Shown: positions 26,392 through 34,433 of the stretch, one piece after another
Numbering within the stretch: position 1 is the stretch's first letter
Layout: each line of letters begins with the position of its first letter
Position numbers and translations under genes: made by a program
The notes under the pieces: generated by a model
Databases searched by the model: none
Told to the model about the DNA's origin: nothing
Seen by the model: the letters and a program-made list of their open reading frames with translations, nothing else
From: Bacteroidales bacterium
GTDB lineage: Bacteria; Bacteroidota; Bacteroidia; Bacteroidales; F082
Reading direction: 5' to 3'
Assembly: GCA_024762735.1 (NCBI GenBank)
Contig: JANTGU010000001.1
Coordinates: forward strand, 1 to 34,433
Length of the DNA: 34,433 nt

Positions 26392-28071
26392 TTAAACCTT
26401 GCCTTTAGTAATGGAATCCCTGAAATAAGATGGTGTGATACCGGTATTCTTTTTAAAGCAGGTGAAAAAAGTTGATTTGGAATTGAAGCCTGACATTTGT
26501 CCTATCCCTTCAATGGAGAGGTAATTGTTTGCCGGTTCCGCCAACAATTGTCTTGCCGTCCTTATGCGGTATTCGTTGATAAACGCATTGAAGTTTTGGT
26601 GATGATGCTCATTGATCAGTTTTGAGAGGTAACTCCTGTTGGTATTTAGTTTATGAGAGATGTCGTCCAACGAAATGTCGCTGTACAGGTAGGGCTTCTC
26701 CTCGGACATGTAATTATCCAGCTTTCTAAGAAGCTGCAATGATTGCTCATTATTCGAAATTGTATCATCTTCTATATTTCTCTTTTTATTTAGCTTTGAG
26801 AGTAAACCAAATTCCTTTTCCGATTTAACAATTTCAAGATTCCTGTTGACAAGGTCATCATAAGCCCTCTTCTTTTTCCTGAACTGAACGCTAATCAATA
26901 TAAACGATGCTGCAATAACGAAAATGCCCAAAGCTAAAAAGAGTATGGCTTTATTTTTAGCAGCTATTTGTAACAAGCGAATTTCATTATCCTTTTTCAA
27001 TAAAACAATTTCATGTTCCTTCTTTTCTGCTTCGTATTTTGCCGCCATATCATAGATGTTAGCCCTTATCTTGGCATTGTATAATTTCACCTGCATTGTC
27101 CTGGCAATCCGCAAATATTCATAAGCGTTATCCATATCGCCCAAATCATGGTGTATGCTGGCAAGTAAAAGGTATATCTTGAAAAATAAACTTTGATACT
27201 CATTTATATCGCCAAGTTCTATGGACTGTTTCAATATTTTTTTTGCCTGATATGGCTTGCCCATTTCCATATAAGTTTCTGCAATATTGGTGGATGTTTG
27301 CAAAGCCTGGGGCATCATTTCCGTTTTGATAAAGTTATCATAAGCTGCTTTGCCATAACCAAGAGCCACCTGGTATTTCTTTTTAAGCATGTAGAAATAA
27401 GCCAATTCGTTTTGAGAGGTCGCGAGATGATCGATAAAATTGTTCTCTTTTGATATTTTTATACAAAGATTTGAATATTTAAATACCGAATCGTATCGAT
27501 GTGGCACCATGTACGTCCCACACTCGGCATATAGTGCCGCAATCCTGTTACAGGCATAAGCCCTGTTGTTCAGGCTGATGTTTTCATTAAGGAGTTTGTT
27601 GATAATATCTATCCCTTTTTGGAATTCTCCTATCTTGCGGTAACCCTCTGCAAGGTAAATCCTGGCAAGAACAGCCGAATCGGAATGTTGGTCAACATCT
27701 TTAAGGTATTTAAGCAGCATGGGTATCGCGATATTCGGTCTTGTTTGGATGAGGTAACTCTTGGCTTTCTCAAGTACTGAGCCGTAATGGGTTGAATCAA
27801 TAACCGGGTATTGAGCCAAATTTTTATTTGACTCAATATCATAAAGATATTCAATACTGATTTTCAGATAATTGATTTTGGCTTTCTCAATATCATTTAA
27901 CTGTAGCTCTTTTTCAAGGGAATAGATTAAATGATTGACGGAATCCCTTGTACCTTTCAACATTTGCATAATATCTTCATATTCCGACTCAAAACGGAGG
28001 GAATCATTTTTTTGCCCAAAGGAAAGTTGCAAACCCAAAAATAGCAGCATTAAAACAAATAGCGGTTTCAT
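26392..28071 (-). CDS. Transmembrane one-component regulator: periplasmic TPR, TM helix, AraC HTH
   Basis: Signal peptide from ATG 28071, TPR-like helices, TM ILFLALGIFVIAASFILI, and a C-terminal NRSYLS...FINEYRI...SGFNSKSTF...FKK.TG.TP AraC domain. Confidence 0.88.
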   Translation of the reverse strand: MKPLFVLMLLFLGLQLSFGQKNDSLRFESEYEDIMQMLKGTRDSVNHLIYSLEKELQLNDIEKAKINYLKISIEYLYDIESNKNLAQYPVIDSTHYGSVLEKAKSYLIQTRPNIAIPMLLKYLKDVDQHSDSAVLARIYLAEGYRKIGEFQKGIDIINKLLNENISLNNRAYACNRIAALYAECGTYMVPHRYDSVFKYSNLCIKISKENNFIDHLATSQNELAYFYMLKKKYQVALGYGKAAYDNFIKTEMMPQALQTSTNIAETYMEMGKPYQAKKILKQSIELGDINEYQSLFFKIYLLLASIHHDLGDMDNAYEYLRIARTMQVKLYNAKIRANIYDMAAKYEAEKKEHEIVLLKKDNEIRLLQIAAKNKAILFLALGIFVIAASFILISVQFRKKKRAYDDLVNRNLEIVKSEKEFGLLSKLNKKRNIEDDTISNNEQSLQLLRKLDNYMSEEKPYLYSDISLDDISHKLNTNRSYLSKLINEHHHQNFNAFINEYRIRTARQLLAEPANNYLSIEGIGQMSGFNSKSTFFTCFKKNTGITPSYFRDSITKGKV

Positions 28072-28102
28072 AATGGGGATAATACTTGAGAACTCAAATA
28101 TA

Positions 28103-28212
28103 CAAAAAAAAGGCTGCCTCTCCAAATTAAGGAGCGCAGCCTCGAAACCAAATTCCTACCTTTGGCTTTGTCGTTAATTTCCATTGGGCGAACCCGAAAC
28201 TGTCAGGGTTTT
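28103..28212. repeat. Direct repeat copy 2 (orphan LamG-like 3' end plus terminator)
   Basis: Encodes start-less KTLTVSGSPNGN* on the minus strand, versus KTLTVSGSSNGN* in the LamG gene. Confidence 0.95.
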
Positions 28213-28342
28213 AACTTTGGTAACAGATAATATCGTCCTGTTTCCAATTATAATCTTTGGGAATAAAAAACAAAACCGGACTGATTTTGAGTAAAAAGCA
28301 GGACAGGAAATAAACTTCTTTTAAATCCTTACCCTTCAAAAG

Positions 28343-28807
28343 TTAAAACTTACGTTTGTTTACCAGGGTTCCATCGGGAGCATACATTTTCCAAACACCG
28401 GTTTTCTTTCCTTTTTTATAGTGCATTTCGTATAACAGCACACCGTCATCACTCCAAATATACCAATCACCATCCTTTTTACCCTCTTTATAAAAGGCCA
28501 CGGCAGTTTTGGTTCCTTTGTTGTTCCATGTAATCCATTCGCCGTTTTTTATTCCATGTGAATAGGAACGTTGCTCCTGTTTTTGCCCATTCTCAAAATA
28601 GGTAATTACCAACCCGTTTTCGACCCCGTTTGAAATATGACGCTCTATTTTAGGGTTTCCGTTTTCATAATATTCGGTGTCAACCCCGGTGTACAGCATC
28701 CCTTTTTTATAATAATGACCCTCTTTATACTCAAGGTTTTGAGTAAAACCTGCCCACGTAATCGCGACAAAAATAAAGGAGAGGAGTATTTTTTTTAAAT
28801 TCATCAT
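28343..28807 (-). CDS. Secreted MORN-variant repeat (YwqK-like) protein
   Basis: Signal peptide; repeated YYENG..K.E..Y..G.K.G.W units. Confidence 0.8.
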   Translation of the reverse strand: MMNLKKILLSFIFVAITWAGFTQNLEYKEGHYYKKGMLYTGVDTEYYENGNPKIERHISNGVENGLVITYFENGQKQEQRSYSHGIKNGEWITWNNKGTKTAVAFYKEGKKDGDWYIWSDDGVLLYEMHYKKGKKTGVWKMYAPDGTLVNKRKF

Positions 28808-28847
28808 GCTTTTTAAATTGAATTGATACAAAACTACTGTAAAAAAA

Positions 28848-31652
28848 TTAGAAATTATAACTTACTTTTAGCTCGTATAGCCTGCCAATGGTAAATTCAT
28901 AAAAGGGATATTGCACATCTTTGTAGGTGTAAGTCTGGCGTATTTTAGCATTTAAAATATTTTTAATTTTTAGCCCGACCGAAAAATGTTTGCCCAGATT
29001 TTTGGTGGCATTGAAATCAAGCTTGGGAGAGGGTTGCTCATACACTTCAGGAGTGCCGCCTTTGGTAACCAATGATATACGCGGACCCACCACGTTAAAA
29101 ACCAGGTTAGCTGACAAGCCTTCCTTAGCATTATTGTAACTTAACAGGGCATTAATAATATAGGGAGACTGGGCAAAAAGCGGCCGGGTGGAAGGGTGGC
29201 CCGGATCCACAGCATGAATGGCAGCCAGCTCGGCGGAGTCGATGGCCACTTCGGAGTAGATGTATGAAAAGTTGGCACCTAGGCTGAAATCTTTTAACAA
29301 GGCAATAAAATCCAACTTTTTGTTAATGTCAAACTCTGCCCCGTAAACTTTTGCCTGTTCCACGTTCTGATAAGAAATTTCAGGGTTGGCTGCCACCGGA
29401 TTATCCACCATTTCGATAGGGTTTAAAAAGTTTTTATAAAAGGCACCCACCGATATTACTTCGCCCGGTTTCATAAAGTACTCCCATTTTAAATCGAGGT
29501 TGTCAATTAGGGTTCGAACCAGGTTAGGATTACCTACAATGGTAGGGGCTACCGGACTAAACGACGCAAAAGGAGCAATCTCGCGAAAGGTAGGCCGCGA
29601 TAAAGTACGGGTGTAGGCAAACCTTACATTCATGTTTTCAATCAGCGTGTAGGTTAAGTTGATGGCCGGCAGAAAGTCGTGATCGTTTAATTCGCCTTTT
29701 TCGATATTGGCTTTCTTGCTCTTGGTAAGCATTTGGTTTCCTTCGTATCTTACTCCTGCTACCATACGTAATTTTTCTGCCAACGGCATATCAACCATCA
29801 GGTAACCTGCATAAACATTTTGGTAACCATAGTAACTGTTGCGCAAGTCTGTTGCGTTTTGAACATACAGTCCGTAATTTGATTTGGTAACAGGATCGTA
29901 AGTGGGAAAGTTTTGTCCAATATTGGCATCAGAAAAATAGTCGGTAATATTACCATTATAGTATTGCACCTGCGACTTATAATCCACCTTACTTTCGTTA
30001 AAATCGCGGTAGCGATGGTCGTAAGCACCCCCGAATTTAAGTTTTGATTTGGCACCGAGAAAAGTAAAGGGAAGTTCAAAATTAATTTTGATGTCACGGT
30101 TTATTTCGTCCATGGTTCTTCGGTAACGCGACGGCACTTTATACTTGGAAGGACTTAACTCGTACTGAAAGCCTTCCTCGTTTTCAGGAAAATAGCTATT
30201 GGTAAAAAACCTGAGATCCGGTTCTTTTTGGTTAGAAAGCGTGTAGGAAAATATCCAGTTGATTTTCAGTTTGCCCAATTTTTCAAAATAGTGGTCGCCT
30301 TTAAACTGATTGGCCAAAATAGAGCGTTCCATAAATCCAAGCTCGCGGCTTTGAATATACATTCCAATCTCGTCGGAAGCCCGCTCGCCGTAGTTGTATA
30401 TCGACGATTTGGTTCCGGAGTGATTGTAAAGAAAAATATAGCCTATTTTATGATTGTTGGTAATTTTAAAGTTTACATTGGCCAGGGCGCCCATCAGCAC
30501 CTCGTTGTTCCCGTTGGTTTCAGTAAAGTTTTGCTCTTCGTTTAATACGGTGGAGTTAGCATCCACAAGCTTGTAAATACCCCGATTACCATTGTTAAAA
30601 TAGGCCAGGTCGTTTTTGTAAATTAACCCGAGGTTAAAACCCAGTTGTTTTCCAAAAACAGAGGTCTGGTTACCGACGGAGAGGGTATATTTTTGATTCA
30701 TGAATGAGTTGGTAACTTCAGGCCCCATCACTTTATTAAAAGACGTGGTAACCTCGTCAAGCCGGTCACGATTACCCGGATACAATGGAATTTTCAAGGG
30801 ATCGATAGGAAAATCGCGTGTGCCATCATCAAACCCAAGCCAATCGGTTTTTCCTCCCTGATAGCTTAAAAAGTTTGTGTTGAATGACGATTGATCGTTA
30901 AAGCCAAACGTGGCTGAAAAATTAAGATTAAAAGTTTCGGGAAAGTCTTTGGTTCTGATATCCACCAGACCGCCTGTAAAGGTGTTTAAATCGGGGGTAA
31001 AGCTTTTATAAACCACCATGTTTTCGATGGCGTTTGAAGGAAAAATGTCAAGCTGCACCGTGTTTAGCTCAGGGTCGAGCGAAGGTATTTCGGCACTGTT
31101 AAGGGTTGTTTTGCTGTAGCGGTCGCCCAGACCCCTGATGTAAACATATTTACCCCCTTTAACCGAAACCCCAGGTAGCCTTTTCACGGCACCTGCAGCA
31201 TCGCTGTCGCCTGTTTTCATCATCTCCTGGGCAGAGATGCCTTCCATAACCCCTGCTGATTTTTTTTGCATGGTAAGCAGGGCACTTTCGGTATTTCTTA
31301 CCGCTTTAGCCGATACAACCACTTCGGTTAAGCCAACCGATACCGATTTAAGTTTAATGTTTAAAACGGTCACTTTCCCGGATGAAATAGTAATATCATT
31401 GATAAGTTGGGTTTCGTAAGATATGTAGGAACATTTGATCGCTATTTTTCCTTCCGGAATGTCAGTAATGGAGTAGTTTCCATCAAGGTCGGCTGAGGCA
31501 CCGTTATAGGTACCTGTTACCATAACCGATGCGCCAATGAGCTCTTCACCGGTTTCAGCATCAGTAATTTTCCCTCTTAATGTCCCGGTTTGCGCCAAGC
31601 CCGCCTGGATCATTACAAAGAGGGATATAAAAAAAATGATTGCTTGTTTCAT
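28848..31652 (-). CDS. TonB-dependent receptor with CarboxypepD_reg N-terminal extension
   Basis: Signal peptide, LTEVVV TonB-box-like motif, plug motif YIRGLGDRY, RPTFRE, GNPNL and a terminal YNF. Confidence 0.92.
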   Translation of the reverse strand: MKQAIIFFISLFVMIQAGLAQTGTLRGKITDAETGEELIGASVMVTGTYNGASADLDGNYSITDIPEGKIAIKCSYISYETQLINDITISSGKVTVLNIKLKSVSVGLTEVVVSAKAVRNTESALLTMQKKSAGVMEGISAQEMMKTGDSDAAGAVKRLPGVSVKGGKYVYIRGLGDRYSKTTLNSAEIPSLDPELNTVQLDIFPSNAIENMVVYKSFTPDLNTFTGGLVDIRTKDFPETFNLNFSATFGFNDQSSFNTNFLSYQGGKTDWLGFDDGTRDFPIDPLKIPLYPGNRDRLDEVTTSFNKVMGPEVTNSFMNQKYTLSVGNQTSVFGKQLGFNLGLIYKNDLAYFNNGNRGIYKLVDANSTVLNEEQNFTETNGNNEVLMGALANVNFKITNNHKIGYIFLYNHSGTKSSIYNYGERASDEIGMYIQSRELGFMERSILANQFKGDHYFEKLGKLKINWIFSYTLSNQKEPDLRFFTNSYFPENEEGFQYELSPSKYKVPSRYRRTMDEINRDIKINFELPFTFLGAKSKLKFGGAYDHRYRDFNESKVDYKSQVQYYNGNITDYFSDANIGQNFPTYDPVTKSNYGLYVQNATDLRNSYYGYQNVYAGYLMVDMPLAEKLRMVAGVRYEGNQMLTKSKKANIEKGELNDHDFLPAINLTYTLIENMNVRFAYTRTLSRPTFREIAPFASFSPVAPTIVGNPNLVRTLIDNLDLKWEYFMKPGEVISVGAFYKNFLNPIEMVDNPVAANPEISYQNVEQAKVYGAEFDINKKLDFIALLKDFSLGANFSYIYSEVAIDSAELAAIHAVDPGHPSTRPLFAQSPYIINALLSYNNAKEGLSANLVFNVVGPRISLVTKGGTPEVYEQPSPKLDFNATKNLGKHFSVGLKIKNILNAKIRQTYTYKDVQYPFYEFTIGRLYELKVSYNF

Positions 31653-31695
31653 TGGATGTTTTGTTCCTTTAAATGGATGTGTTTATAAACCAAAA

Positions 31696-31727
31696 TAACT
31701 GATAGCGCCCTAAGGCACTACCAGTTA
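31696..31727 (-). terminator. Intra-operon stem-loop between lipoprotein and TBDR genes
   Basis: 14-bp stem TAACTGGTAGTGCC/GGCGCTATCAGTTA (two G-U pairs on the minus-strand RNA), followed by TTTT. Confidence 0.65.
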
Positions 31728-31750
31728 ATTATTAACCAAAATAATAAATG

Positions 31751-33445
31751 CTATTTATTCTTAAAGAATTCAGTCCAACCGGCAGCCCAGTTTTCATCGC
31801 CAAAGGCACCTTTATAGTTAACTGCATCAAACCATGAATCGGGATAGTCGGCCATGTTACCGGTAAGCGGGGTAGCGGGAACTGGATTGGCAGCACTGAT
31901 GCCCGGGTCGGAAACCACGTTTCCTGCGGTAGTAAAGTACGCAGCAAAGGCTTCAACAGCAGCGGTAGAGTCGGCAGGGCTTGAACCATGTCCGGAAACT
32001 TTAAAAATACCTTCTGCTGTTCCATCAGCCACATCCCAGAAAACATTGTTCTCAACGGTTAAAATACCATCCTGAAATTGTTTGTATGCATCCTGGTCGT
32101 CAGCAAGGTTTTCAATGTCAACCCCTTTTGCCTGGTTAAAGAAAATGGAGTTGGCATAGTGTCCACCGGCGTTATCGCGGAAAGTGATGGTGCGTTTTCC
32201 GGCATCGGCACCCCTACCAATGTAAGTAGCGTTATAAATGTTAGGCTGGGCGTAAGGAGTACCTGTTTCAGGGTCGGTACCACCATCGTGCTCACCAAGA
32301 CGGTCGCCTTCGTTAGGATCCTGAATGGCACACCAAAACTGACCTGATCCGCGGAAGCCTTCGTCGTAGTCAAAGCTGTCATCAGCGCAATAAACCGAAA
32401 GGATATGTTTTAGATGGGGGGTGCCGCCAAAGAACTCGATGCCATCATCTTTGTTGGCTAAAATCTCCACATAATCAATCACGGTACCTGAACCAACAGC
32501 ACCCAGAGTTAAACCGTTAATTTCGTTGCCATCGCCAATATCGGTACCACCGTGACGAATGGATACGTATTGAATAACCCCGGAGTTGTCAGCATCGTCG
32601 CTGCCACCGTACAAACCTCTTGGCTCGTTGGTTGGAATACCTTCAATTTGTGATTCGCCCGGTGTGGAGTTTAACTGCGCTTTACCCAGCACAATGAGTC
32701 CGCCCCACAGGCCTCTGTCAGCCAAACCCACTGATCCGTTCAGGTCGTCAGCTTCACAAGTAAAGATAATAGGTGCATCTTTTCTTCCTTCAGCCATAAT
32801 TTTACCCCCTCTGGCAACAATCAAAGCCGAAGCATTTTCACCTTGTCCGGGTTTTCCTTTGATGACTGTTCCTGCCTCGATGGTTAAAGTCTGACCGTCG
32901 TTTACAAAACAGAAGCCATCTAATAAATAGGTGTTGTTGGCAGTCCATGTTTGAGTACCTACACCATTTCCATCGTCTTTAATGGTTACGGTTTCGTGAA
33001 CCGTGCCCCCTAAAGTAATAGATTGCTTTTGGGAAGCTTCCATGGCAGTTCCTTCGTTGTCGTAAATGCTGGCAGCCGAGGATGGTCCCACGGTTAACAG
33101 TTCGTTTCCATCTGAAAAGTCAGTCAGCGTTACATCGATGGTTGCTTCGGTAGCTCCTGCGGTGTGGGTTACCTCGTACGATTCCAATGTTCCGGTACCA
33201 CCCGATATCGTTACATTAAAACTATTGTTATCCAGGTTTCCGGTTTTATCAGCATTTTTATAAACGGCCTCGCTAAAAGTTACCGTTGCTGTAAAAGCTT
33301 TGTTTTGACCTTCAATAGAAATATTGGTCATGGTTGGAGGCGTTGGATCGGGTGTAACGGGATCTTTACCATTACAAGCCGAAAAGGACAATACAATAAC
33401 AGATACCAATGCTGTTAATAATAAAGAAAGGTTTTGTTTTTTCAT
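31751..33445 (-). CDS. Surface lipoprotein with Ig-like domain and beta-helix domain, TBDR partner
   Basis: Lipobox FSAC; TLTIEAGTVIK, GLWGGL, DNSG..QYVSIRHGG, NGLTLGAVGSGT and DDGIEFFGG motifs. Confidence 0.75.
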   Translation of the reverse strand: MKKQNLSLLLTALVSVIVLSFSACNGKDPVTPDPTPPTMTNISIEGQNKAFTATVTFSEAVYKNADKTGNLDNNSFNVTISGGTGTLESYEVTHTAGATEATIDVTLTDFSDGNELLTVGPSSAASIYDNEGTAMEASQKQSITLGGTVHETVTIKDDGNGVGTQTWTANNTYLLDGFCFVNDGQTLTIEAGTVIKGKPGQGENASALIVARGGKIMAEGRKDAPIIFTCEADDLNGSVGLADRGLWGGLIVLGKAQLNSTPGESQIEGIPTNEPRGLYGGSDDADNSGVIQYVSIRHGGTDIGDGNEINGLTLGAVGSGTVIDYVEILANKDDGIEFFGGTPHLKHILSVYCADDSFDYDEGFRGSGQFWCAIQDPNEGDRLGEHDGGTDPETGTPYAQPNIYNATYIGRGADAGKRTITFRDNAGGHYANSIFFNQAKGVDIENLADDQDAYKQFQDGILTVENNVFWDVADGTAEGIFKVSGHGSSPADSTAAVEAFAAYFTTAGNVVSDPGISAANPVPATPLTGNMADYPDSWFDAVNYKGAFGDENWAAGWTEFFKNK

Positions 33446-33486
33446 TTTTGTAAATTTTTGATTTTTAAATTTCAAAACTATGGCTG

Positions 33487-33542
33487 CAAAACAACATTTC
33501 TTTTAATAACAGGGCGTTAACCAAATATTAATAAAACATTAA
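33487..33542 (-). promoter_or_regulatory. Putative Pho-box-like array plus degenerate -7 box for the lipoprotein-TBDR operon
   Basis: Minus strand TTAATG (33542), TTAATA (33531), TTAACG (33520), TTATTA (33509); TTGTTTTG starts at 33494. Confidence 0.65.
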
Positions 33543-33568
33543 TTTAATAAGAAAAAAAGTTTCATTAT

Positions 33569-33613
33569 TTAACATTAAGTTAACACATTATAAATTGGTT
33601 TAAAATAGTTTTG
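33569..33613 (+). promoter_or_regulatory. Putative autoregulatory array plus -7 box for the response regulator
   Basis: TTAACA (33569), TTAACA (33580), TAAATT (33591); TAGTTTTG at 33606. Confidence 0.65.
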
Positions 33614-33620
33614 AACTGTT

Positions 33621-34304
33621 ATGAAAAATAGTGAAATAAAAATTCTTTTGGTTGACGACGAGATTGATACTTTGGAGTTTTTAAAGTATAATTTTGAAAA
33701 AGAGGGCTACCGTGTTTTTACCGCTTCAAGCGGTACCGAAGCAAAAAAGGAAGCCTTGAACATAAAACCGGATTTGTTTATTCTCGATATTATGATGCCG
33801 GGAATGGATGGCATTGAATTGTGCAATTCTTTAAAATCGATGCCCGAGTTTGAAGATTCTATCGTCGTTTTTCTAACGGCACGAGGGGAAGACTATTCAC
33901 AAATTGCAGGGTTTAACGTGGGTGCCGATGATTACATCATTAAACCTATTAAGCCTACCATATTAATGGCCAGGGTCAAAGCACTTTTAAAGCGCCATTC
34001 CAAGGAGAAGGCAAAAAACTCTGTTATTAATTTGAATGGAACTATCATCGATAAAGAAAAAAGGTTGGTAATGGTAGATGGGAATGAGGTCCATTTGCCC
34101 AAAAAAGAGTTTAGTATTTTGTTATTACTGGCCTCACATCCGGGAAAAATATTTACCCGCCAGGAGATATATGTTAACATTTGGGGACGGGATGTTTTTG
34201 TAGGAGATCGCACCCTGGATGTTCATATTCGTAAACTTCGCGAAAAGCTGCCCAATCAACTTATTAAAACAGTAAAAGGTATTGGTTACGGGGTGATGGT
34301 TTAA
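33621..34304 (+). CDS. OmpR/PhoB-family response regulator (PhoP-like)
   Basis: LLVDDE, LDIMMPGMDG, FLTAR and GADDYIIKP receiver; RTLDVHIRKLREK...TVKGIGY winged helix. Confidence 0.92.
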   Translation: MKNSEIKILLVDDEIDTLEFLKYNFEKEGYRVFTASSGTEAKKEALNIKPDLFILDIMMPGMDGIELCNSLKSMPEFEDSIVVFLTARGEDYSQIAGFNVGADDYIIKPIKPTILMARVKALLKRHSKEKAKNSVINLNGTIIDKEKRLVMVDGNEVHLPKKEFSILLLLASHPGKIFTRQEIYVNIWGRDVFVGDRTLDVHIRKLREKLPNQLIKTVKGIGYGVMV

Positions 34305-34433
34305 GATGTCAGCATAGAGATTTTAGATTTTAAATTTATTTTAGAATAAACGATTGGCGGGAAGGTAGAATGAACTGATTTAAACTTCTATTTGCAAACT
34401 ATGCTTGCGGTGGCAGGGATAGTCGAAATATGA

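Noticed and set aside
28072..28125. N-terminal extension of the AraC ORF, and similar extensions at 3141, 6941, 11030, 16516 and 33475
   Set aside because: Downstream ATGs fit signal peptides, promoter boxes or ribosome-binding context better.
21531..28212. Diversity-generating retroelement TR/VR pair, or integrase att sites
   Set aside because: No reverse transcriptase, integrase or tRNA is present in the window, and the coding parts differ at only two positions, with Asn codons unchanged.
28343..28807. YwqK antitoxin of a toxin-antitoxin system
   Set aside because: No adjacent toxin; signal peptide and TBDR operon context fit a generic MORN-repeat protein.
34305..34433. Cognate sensor kinase, or a claim that the regulator is orphan
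   Set aside because: Only tiny ORFs occur in the remaining 129 bp; the window ends too soon to decide.

Overview
Bacteroidetes (probably Bacteroidales-like) chromosomal window, judged from TAnnTTTG promoters, porZ and T9SS CTD proteins. Positions 1-15.8 kb are mostly core genes (rodA, mrdA, pfkA, mscS, ftsX, uppP, truB, rlmN, lipB, recO, porZ). They also include an ATP-cone/Mrr-like nuclease and a HigBA-like toxin-antitoxin pair with a perfect operator palindrome. Positions 15.9-34.3 kb look like a phosphate-starvation regulon. Five promoters share one architecture: 11-bp-period TTAAYR-like repeats with the -7 box starting exactly 15 nt after the start of the last repeat. They drive a PlcP-like phosphoesterase plus glycosyltransferase, an OlsF-like acyltransferase, a beta-propeller lipoprotein, a free TBDR N-terminal-extension domain, a lipoprotein-TBDR-MORN operon and the OmpR/PhoB-type regulator itself. 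This regulon is interrupted by a ~6.7 kb integrase-free island bounded by ~110-bp direct repeats. The island has a repeated cassette layout of promoter, degenerate acylphosphatase and secreted protein, apparently under a TPR-AraC membrane regulator. Its cargo is a YadA-repeat/S74-chaperone protein, a T9SS-CTD protein and a LamG protein, and the last two look like two halves of one large T9SS protein. All functional calls come from motif recognition without database searches.
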